64,000 nucleotides of DNA, from NCBI RefSeq assembly GCF_006345805.1, contig NC_043006.1, positions 95,604,001 through 95,668,000 on the forward strand, given 5' to 3'. The notes below the pieces were generated by a model. The model was given only the letters and a program-made list of their open reading frames with translations. It made no database searches and was not told where the DNA came from. Shown in pieces: positions 53,769-64,000 of the stretch; within the stretch, counting starts at the first letter, position 1, and each line of letters begins with the position of its first letter. Source of the stretch: Octopus sinensis (lineage: Eukaryota). A program made the position numbers and the translations under genes.

Positions 53769-54471
53769 TTTATATATATATATATATATATATGAAGCCA
53801 TATGATTAGTAAGTAAAGCTCTTAGAGAAGTAAAAGGAAATCGAGAAGACTACGAAACAATAGTGGCAGTAACAGTTGTAAATTATGTACAGTTGAAGCC
53901 TACTTCAGTCACTTTGCCTCTGTACAACTCAATAAGAATTCCGAATTCGTCACCAATTCTAGGCATGAAACTGTCACGATGGCTACGTCACACACCGACG
54001 TACACATGATGAAGGATCTTTAGATGGTTTTGCCCCATCCATGCAATCACACATATATTAAACATAAACACTATGGTTGCATAGAAATCAATATTATAAT
54101 TACCATCTAATACATGGGCACCTTCGATCGACTCATAAGCTGATAACACACCTTACTACCTGCATATAAAAAAAGAAGCTGCAGAGAACACACCCACAGG
54201 CCATTGATATACTTTACGACAGAAAACAAACAAATATGTGAAAGTCGCACAAATACTTAATATATATATATATATATATATATAATAATAAGTAGTTGAA
54301 TGACTTATCCTAGTATGGATAATTCGGTTAACCGGTACCTGGGTAGCAAATTCACGTCAGAAAACACGGTGAAGCTACAAGCCAAGGGCAGAGATCACGT
54401 GCTTTCGTGTGGAAATTTGTGTGTCTTTTTTAACTATAAATAAAAGAGAGAATGGAGTCGAACGACCATTT

Positions 54472-54546
<75 letters not shown>

Positions 54547-54549
<3 letters not shown>

Positions 54550-55035
54550 GCAAAAATTTAGATTCAAATGAATATGGTACTGAATTTAGATGCACCAGAA
54601 TTCTGTATGGTGTTATCCATAAAAATCCGTGTGGTGATTAGAATCAAAATAAGCAACAAGAATGACTCCGGTAATTTGGTACGATCGTTTCGTACTACAT
54701 CATTTTATTAAATGTTGTAAGTATTACAACAGATTTAAGATGCTGAGTACTCATCAGCCAATTATAGAGGTTTTCCATTAATACAAAAATCTTCATATCA
54801 AGTGGCAACATTATAAAGAAGGTAGATATACAGAGAAGGATGTGGATTTAAATTTTAAGAACATTTGAGGTGGTGGAGCCGATCAACTGACTGGCTAATA
54901 TTCGGTTGCTCCAGACTACTGTAAGATTCTGAGAGGGAAGAATAAGAGGAAAGAGACAATAAAGATTTTCTAATTATAGAAATGGGTAAATGGGATTTCA
55001 GAGCTCCATATAAGGAATCTATGTAGAAGACAGCA
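54547..55035 (-). mobile_element. Hammerhead-bearing element, family H7
   Basis: Unique block between two (TA)n tracts. The minus-strand 3' end is AAATTTTTGCTAC, like H1. Boundaries are inferred from the microsatellites. Confidence 0.55.
54676..54761 (-). ncRNA. Type I hammerhead ribozyme motif with fully canonical core (H7)
   Basis: TTGG-CTGATGA-GTAC...[CATC/GATG, TGTTGTAA/TTACAACA]...GTAC-GAAA-CGATC-GTA-CCAA. G10.1-C11.1 pair, perfect palindrome ACGATCGT, triplet GUA. Confidence 0.85.
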
Positions 55036-55037
55036 TT

Positions 55038-55114
<77 letters not shown>

Positions 55115-55935
55115 ATAAAATAGTAATATATAATCATATGTATATATATATTATATATATATATGTGTGTGTGTGTGTAACTATATATATATTATAGAAA
55201 TAATATATATATTATATATATATATATATATATACACGTACACATGTATGTATTATCTTGAGTACCTGCGCATACATGACTTACATGCCTATGTTTGCCG
55301 ATCCCAAACATTGCTTGACAATCGGTTGATTCGTTTATAGCCCCGTAACTTAGTGGTTCGAGAAATGAAACTGATGGATAAAATAAGTACCAAAAAAATG
55401 TAAGAAAGTCGTTGATTTGTTTTACTGAACTCCCGAAAAGCGTTGCTCCTGCGGGGATATGTTTCACTGAACTCTTGAAAAACGCTGCCCATGCATGACT
55501 GCAATCCATTGACTGAAACACGTTACTGGTAGACGATTTATCCAACCCTCTGCATCCGCAACCACGGATGCAAGCAAAAACATCGAAGCACAAACAGTCA
55601 TATGAGCTTAGGAATACAAATCAACCGTATAACCCTAAAAAACCTGAGGTGCCACATGTGGTGTGTGATTATGCTTCATGGCTTTGTAGGCACGTTGTGC
55701 CTGGTGACAAAACTCTGACAAATCAGGTGATTGATTGATTTATCGACGGGACGGCTATTGAGGAAATTGATTAGTAGTATGGTTAATTGGTTAATTGGTT
55801 GGCTGTAAGAATAAAAGGAGAGAAAGAACCAGTCGGTCTGTTTCTTATTGGCAAATAACAATTCTAAAGGAAAACTATTCAAACATACATATACATATAT
55901 AAATGCATACACACACACGTATATATTTATAAATA

Positions 55936-55967
<32 letters not shown>

Positions 55968-55985
55968 CATTACATACTGAGAGGC

Positions 55986-56016
<31 letters not shown>

Positions 56017-56147
56017 CACTTATATAAAATATATAATATATATATATATATAATATATATATATAATATATACAAACATATATATATATACGTGTGTGTG
56101 TGTATGTATATATGTATGTATGAACATATATATGTATACACACACAC

Positions 56148-56188
<41 letters not shown>

Positions 56189-56747
56189 AGTTCCAGCACT
56201 TATATACAAACATCATACATATAGATTCTACGCATATTGATAAAATGAATAGAAAATTTTAATCACGTAGGGCTGTCTAGCTTTTCATATCTCTGTCATT
56301 TCTCAATTTCGCTCCCTTTCACCTTCTCCTCTATCGCTCTCTCTCTCTCTCTCTTCCTATCCCTTTCTCTCTCTCCTCTCTCTCTCCCTCTCCCCCTCTC
56401 TTTCTCTGTCTCTTTCTGAATATCTAATTACGCGTCTTGAGCAGTTTGTATGTGGCTGACGATGTACATAGTTAAAGACGATGGGAGTTTATGAAACATT
56501 AATAACGGTGTTAAATGTCATTGTAAAATATTTATGTAGTGAAATCATTGCCAATTAACTTTTCGTAATAAAACCAAAATACAATATTATTTGACGTTGA
56601 AATCTCTGATTTATTATATTCATCTATAACGCTACACTATATAACAATCTGCCACACAGGCATATAAACATATACGTTTGTGTGTACACACACTAACATA
56701 CACTAACATACAGACACACACACACATTCACACACACAGACACACAC

Positions 56748-57306
<559 letters not shown>

Positions 57307-57645
57307 TATACGGAGATGTACTTGCATAGCAAGTCACCTGATCTGAGAACGTGTGCGGGAACGAAAACAATTCCACCCTGCAATTGTATATATTCTTTTA
57401 TTAATCATTTATTTGCTTCTGTCATCTCTTTGTGGTCATGCTGGAGCACCGATGTTTAGTCGAACAAATAGACCCCAGGACATATTCTATGTAGGCGTAG
57501 TACTTATTCTGTCGTATTCTTTTGCCGAAACGCTAAGTTACGAGGACGTAAACGCACGAACATCTGTTATCAAGCGATGGTGGGATGACAAAAATTGTAG
57601 TAATTCTGAAAGCTAAAGGAGAAATAAAAACATTTATCCTTTTCA

Positions 57646-57742
57646 ACTTTGTACCCTGCAAGGTTTCAACAATTTTTACGCAATCGAACTTAATTAAATT
57701 AAATTAAATCCGTTTACGATTGGTTTGTTTCATCAGCAAAGT
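57646..57742 (-). ncRNA. Type I hammerhead motif (H1b)
   Basis: Mirror copy of 58170-58266. Confidence 0.8.
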
Positions 57743-58169
57743 CCCAAAAGAAAAGGCGAACATATACACACGAGTTGAAAAGGATAAATGTTTTTATTTC
57801 TCCTTTAGCTTTCAGAATTACTACTATTTTTGCGGTTTGAGTTTTGGCTGCTCTTTTCAAGTGAGTCGAACGACCTGTAAGGGTCTTTCCTTAATATTTT
57901 GTTGAATATATTATATATTCTGTGACTATTTCTATTTTCTCACTTGACCGCTGGTTGCAGAAAATTTTTCTTGAATTTTTTCTTGAATTTTTTTGCTACC
58001 CTATATTGATAAATTAATAATTTTTGACTAATTCTGAAATTGTATCAGCAGTTTATATTTGCTGCTGAGTAGTTGGCGCGGTTACGTTGGATTTCGAAAA
58101 ATTAGGATATATATACTCGGGGCTTCAGTGGTATCGCCTCGTGTGTATATGTTCGCCTTTTCTTTTGGG

Positions 58170-58266
58170 ACTTTGCTGATGAAACAAACCAATCGTAAAC
58201 GGATTTAATTTAATTTAATTAAGTTCGATTGCGTAAAAATTGTTGAAACCTTGCAGGGTACAAAGT
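58170..58266 (+). ncRNA. Type I hammerhead motif (H1b)
   Basis: ACTTTG-CTGATGA-AACAA...TTGTT-GAAA-CCT(TGCA)GG-GTA-CAAAGT. Stem I is 6 bp, stem II is 5 bp, stem III has a TGCA palindromic loop. Confidence 0.82.
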
Positions 58267-58507
58267 TGAAAGGGATAAATGTTTTTATTTCTCATTTAGC
58301 TTTCAGAATTACTACTATTTTTGCGGTTTGAGTTTTGGCTGCTCTTTTGAAGTGAGTCGAACGACCTGTAAGGGTCTTTCCTTAATATTTTGTTGAATAT
58401 ATTATATTGTCTGTGACTATTTCTATTTTCTCACTTGACCGCTGGTTGCAGAAAATTTTTCTTGAATTTTTCCTTGAATTTTTTTGCTACCCTATATTGA
58501 TATATAT

Positions 58508-58544
<37 letters not shown>

Positions 58545-58545
58545 C

Positions 58546-61180
58546 ATTCTCATTTTTCATTTTCATTTTAACTAGTTTCAGCTCACGAGCTCTGGGCACC
58601 GTCATTTGGTGTTGCTACATGATTTTACTTCACGAATGCTTTTAGTAATTGACATTTGATGCATGAGAGAGTTGGATGCAGCTGTCCTCATCTGCACCTC
58701 CTGCTGTGAAGTTGGTTCCGTTGGGACACCTGACGGGAAGAGGTCCAGCTTTATTTTAAAGACATCTGCATCCAGCCCATGCAGGTCTCTCGGGGGGGGG
58801 ATATTGAAGAGCTGTGGACCTCTGAAGCCCAGGCTATCACAGTATCTTGTCCTACATCTTGATGGCAAATTTGGAGTCCTTGGCTCTATGCAGTGGCGCC
58901 TAGTTCTAGTATTTGTGTAACTCTCGATGCCAAAGTATGGGACAAGTCCTTCCAGGATCTTCCAGATGTATATTATGGTATATCTTTCTCGCCTACGCTA
59001 TAAGGAATAGAGTCTTAATCTCTTGAGTCTTTCCCAGTAGCTTATATGCTACATAGAGGCTATCTTCTTCGTGTAGCTTCGTTGCATCGCCTCAAATTCT
59101 GTGATTAATTTGACACTGGTTAGTGACCATAGCTGAGAGCAATAGTCAAAGTAGCTTAGGACAAATGTCCTCCAGAGGACCATCATGGTTTCCTGGTCTC
59201 TTGTTCTAAAAGCTCTAAGAATCCATCCGGTCAGCCGCCTGTATTTCATTGCCAATTTAGCAACATGCACATGAAAGGTTGCATCATTACTCATGTAAAT
59301 ACTGATTGTGCCTCTGGGATTGCAGTCCCTCCAGATCCAGTGTATTTATTGGATATTGCATTTAGTTTTGCATGCTGATAGCATAAAGCTTGAAACTTTT
59401 CAGCATTGAACTGCATGCTACTCTTTTCAGCACACTTTTTCAATTTCCAACAGTTTTATTTTCAGGCGGAACCTTTCACTGTTTTCAATTTGTTTGTTGA
59501 GGCGACTTGAAACTTTTGTACACCGTCTCATAAGAATTTTCCTCTCTCTGGGGATTTTGTTCTTGTGTACAGTGGTCTTTCTCTCTGGGACACATTTGTA
59601 GCATATGGATTGCATTCCAGACATGAATTGTTGAAGCTTCATGTCGATGTCTGGGGAGGAGAGATATTTAGGCCAGTTTTGTTTGAGGATCTCTTAATCT
59701 GTTTCCAGTTTACCTTATGGAAGTTCAAGCTGGACAGATTCTGAGAGTTTCTTGTAGGCTGCATGTTCATACTTTCCTTTGGCCCGTGCATGGTCAGCTC
59801 TGTCATGTTGTGATCCGAGAGTAGCGTCGATGTCACTTTCACATTATGGATGAGATTCATATTATTTGTGAAGCAGAGATCCATTAAGTTACCTGCCCTG
59901 GTTGGCTGGAGTATTACTTGCTCCATGTACAGAGTGTTGATGAGGTTCAGGAGGGACCTCGCCTGTCCTCGTTCGCATCGTGTCATTCCTGGGAGAGAAA
60001 GGCCCTCGGGCCATCTGATATTGGGCAGATTGAAGTATCCCATAAGAAGTACACTTATGTGTTGTTCTAATGTGACTGGAACTTCTATTTTTGTAAGGCA
60101 GTCTTCAAACTTGCCTACATGACTTGGAGCATCAGGAGGGCGATATGTAGCACAGATAACTACACCGAGTTGCCTTATACGTAATTACTGTGTCACACAC
60201 CGAATTTGAGTATGAGAAAAGGACATGGGGTGTGAGGTCCTCGCGGATGTACATAGCAACTCCACCGTGACTCCTTTCTTTTCTGTCGTTCCGTAATACA
60301 ACATACTGCGGTATGTGTATTTCTGCATCTGCTATATCTGGTTTCAGGTGCGTTTCCGTACGAGTTATGCATAAGGCTTGATTGCATGCAACAAGGTCTC
60401 TCAAGAAATGGGGGTTTTTGTCCTGTTACTGAGTGTTAGCAGTCCTCTGATGTTCAGTAGGAGCATCGAGGTGATGTGTGTGTTGTTGCCAGTGGTGGTG
60501 TCCACCTTGGGTTTATTTGCTGTGGCGGTCTTGTGTATTGTGGATAGTCCCCTCTGCGAGTTTGGGTTTGATGAAGCCAGGTTGGCTGCTGTACAATATT
60601 TTGTGCCATGCACTCTTGTTCAGCAGCTGCCCTTTCAATAACATGTTGATGGTTTGCGTACCTCCGTTTTGTGGTGCGTCGTCCATTCCTTTTCCTTTTG
60701 GCAGTTGGTTTCCGCTCTGTTTCATGTTTATGTGGTGGGGTCTTTGGTGTGCAAAACTGCAGCCTGCACCTTCCTCTCCATGCCAGCAGACACATTTCAC
60801 GTATAATTTGCACATTCGTGCGTGCTGTCTCTTTCTATCGTTTTTGGTATATGGATAACCAGGTTTGCTTCTTTCCTTGGCTGTTTCATCATTTGTTTTT
60901 GTTTGAGTTTTAGTTTTTCCTTCTTTGGCTGTTTCATCTTTTGTTTTTCCTAATTTTTTCCTTCTTTTACTTCTTTTTTGGCTCTTTCATCTCCATGGTT
61001 TTGCCTTTTGATGCTGGTAGAGGCATTTGCACTTAGGTTTACTTCCCGGGTAGGTTTCTCACTTGAATCTTCTTTGTTGTCCTGGGTGTCTACCAAGTGG
61101 GGATGACATCTTTCATATGCATCCGTGCCTCTATCATTGTCATCTTTGCTTTGTTCGTTGTCAAAGATGGCATCAAGAGT
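58546..61180 (-). mobile_element. CR1/L2-group LINE with ORF1 (CCCH fingers) and AP endonuclease but RT core deleted
   Basis: Minus strand: CKLYVKCVCWHGEEGAGCSFAH; LLNIRGL..., TETHL, GGVAMYI, YISP, GYFNLP, DLCFTN, SDHN (APE motifs); linker; then directly MQFNAEKF at ~59420. The 5' boundary is approximate. Confidence 0.8.
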
Positions 61181-61493
61181 GCTGATATGGGATCTTATAA
61201 ATGTGCAGTTATTCATGTGTGTGTGTGTATGTTTGTGTGTCTGCGTGTGTGTGTGTATGTATTAAATAAAATGAGACAGCAGAGTTATGACTGTGTGGAA
61301 ATTATAGGACATTTAAATGTCCTATATTCCACACAGTCTTGTCTTTGTTGTCTCATTATATATAACATATACATGCTCATACAAGACCCGCATTAGGCTC
61401 CTCATTGGTAATTATTATCAAACCGAAATTATAACCATGGTCCGCCCGTCACACTTACAAACCTTACCTGCCATCTTGGGCCTTCTGGATACC

Positions 61494-61535
<42 letters not shown>

Positions 61536-61833
61536 TGTATATATATATATATTTATTTATTTATTAGAAGAAATGAAGGTACTCAGAAAATCGGATGGTT
61601 TATATTTAGAGATATTTATTTGTATGTTACATTTTTTATACATCATATAACTTAGATCATGTATTAGCGCTTTCTCCCATTCTAGTGGGGTTTTGAAATC
61701 AAACTAAGTTCCTGTGTGAAAAGTTTTGACCAGTTTATAGTGGTATTGAGTTTGTAGTGGTGGGGAGGAATATAAGACAGTATGAGGAGAAAGCGAGAGA
61801 GAGAGCATGTGTGTGTGTGTGTGTGTCTGTCCG

Positions 61834-61964
<131 letters not shown>

Positions 61965-62141
61965 TATAAAATATTAGGAAAAAAAACACCTTTTATCAAT
62001 TCAAAATGAATAACTAAATTACACCATCTAGAAAATTACATATCATAGAAAAGTTAAAATTAAAATAATAATTAAAAAGATTAAGTAAATTACAAAAATA
62101 ATATAATGTATATAATAGGTAAAATATATGTATACACACAC

Positions 62142-62177
<36 letters not shown>

Positions 62178-62550
62178 ACGGGAAGCTTTATGAAAATAAA
62201 CAAAAGACGAAGGCAGGTGGAATACAAACAAACAATTGTATTAGTATGGCGCCCAGGAATATAAATAAAACAATGCTCCACTATATTAAATTGTAAATTG
62301 AAAGATTTGTCCTTCACTGTATGATGAGTAAAATTTCATAAAGTCCATACTTGAAAAAGAGACTCTCTTGTGTTGAAGTTACAAATGACAGAATACAAAC
62401 TGACAACTACTGATCTTCAATTGATTTAGTCACTGATTAAATAAATATTAAGTTTTATCATACAGGAGGAACTGGTCCCACAAATTAAAGTGAAATGGTT
62501 TCATTCAAATATTAGAATATCCTTTGTTCAATGTTGTATTTTCAAAAACC

Positions 62551-62650
62551 NNNNNNNNNNNNNNNNNNNNNNNNNNNNNNNNNNNNNNNNNNNNNNNNNN
62601 NNNNNNNNNNNNNNNNNNNNNNNNNNNNNNNNNNNNNNNNNNNNNNNNNN
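62551..62650. other. Assembly gap (100 N)
   Basis: Directly visible. Confidence 0.99.
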
Positions 62651-62785
62651 AGATACATATAAACACATATACACATATATGTACACGTATTCCATAATGT
62701 GTACATTGAAATTCAACATATGGATACATGTGTGCGTATATATACATATATGTACATATATTATGTATATATCTATATACATCGA

Positions 62786-62826
<41 letters not shown>

Positions 62827-64000
62827 TATATAATATATATATTATATATATATATATACATGCGTAATAAGTAATGCTGTTTCTTTTTAATAATTGTGTA
62901 TGTATTACTGTGGAAGGAAAGCAACAGGAAGATCGCTGTCTAATATCGATCCGCCCTTGTCTAATATTCAATTGTGATAATAACATTTATTGATACGTGA
63001 GTTTGATAATGTTAAATAGAAGGAAGCCAATATATAAATAAACCATAATAACCACACCAAAATTAAAAACAGCAACAATAATATTAATATGATGATGAAG
63101 ATGCTGGAGAAGGAGAATGAGAAGGAAAGAGAGGACAAGAACTGCACGGAAAATGAAAGTGAAACTAGAGGAAAATATAATATCGCTGCGTAGCGTTGGA
63201 ATCTAACAAATCATAATGATAGAAATTGGTGTTTCCATGAAAAGAAAAAGACCACAGATATCTGATATTGTGAGCCCTTCATTAAATGACATTTACCAAT
63301 ATAATCAACGCTCCTAGGACGTGCCATCGCGAAAAAGAAATTTTTTCTTTACGTAGTAGCTAGAGGTTCTCGATATAGCGACCACATCTCGTACAAATTA
63401 CACCCTGCTGTCGTGAAAAACGATCATTGGCTAATGCAATCGGAGATACAATGGGCTCAATAAATAGATGGGATATTCACGGCTTGGATGACTTTGATCA
63501 TATTCCCGTTTGTGTCATTTTCTGAACTGTGGGTAAACAAAATCAACGCCTTGTCATCACCAAAAACAAGAACAACAGCATCAACAACAATGATGACGAT
63601 GAAAAAAACACCAAAAGAAGAAACAAACCAAAACCCATGATGACAACAAAAAAGAGCACTTCTCAAAAAAACTTAAAAGCTCACAGGCGAATTTGAATTC
63701 ACAAAATATAACAACAAGCGATTTTCGGATTTGGCACACCCACTGCTTTTTAATGATAAGTATTACAACTACATCTATATTAGGCACAAGGCGAGAAATT
63801 GTGGGGTGGGGAGTAGACGATTAGATTAACCCGAGTGCATAGATGATGCATATTGACACCATGAGGGGGAAAAGCTAAGTCGATCACTGTGGGATTTGTT
63901 GAGAAAAGCCTCAAGACTTGACGAGTTACATTTTCTCATGTGCTAAGGATTCTTCCTGCTCACCGTAATAATAATGATAATAATAATAATAATAATAATA

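Larger units (their letters stand above)
57590..58500. mobile_element. Hammerhead-bearing element, H1-related subfamily (H1b): 491-bp partial tandem plus inverted arm
   Basis: AGTTGAAA recurs at 57773 and 58264. Segment 57590-57774 is inverted. The 3' end GCTACCCTATATTGAT abuts (TA)n, as in H1. Confidence 0.8.

Overview
Very AT-rich, microsatellite-saturated eukaryotic DNA, most likely intronic or intergenic sequence of an octopus (coleoid cephalopod). That assignment is an inference from the tRNA-derived SINE families and the (TA)n/(CA)n/(GATA)n load. I find no intact host protein-coding gene; almost all ORFs in the track are microsatellite artefacts. Conventional content: three abundant tRNA-derived SINE families (called A, B, C here) plus a rarer one (D), four CR1/L2-group LINE fragments, a Tx1/L1 fragment inside a (GATA)n array, an RTE remnant, a non-autonomous Helitron, a mariner transposase remnant, a TA-TSD MITE and a 100-N gap. 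The main discovery is a set of at least seven distinct short non-coding element families, each carrying a type I hammerhead ribozyme motif (stem I - CUGANGA - stem II - GAAA - palindromic stem III - GUH - stem I'), with compensatory base changes between families. Most copies abut (TA)n tracts. Six are built as divergent fold-backs, and three as 1.2-1.5-unit partial tandems of 357-491 bp. In three cases the sense copy begins within about 1-12 nt of the predicted self-cleavage site. This is the architecture expected of Penelope-like (PLE) pseudo-LTR or retrozyme-type retroelements. All folds were parsed by eye and no ribozyme activity has been shown.
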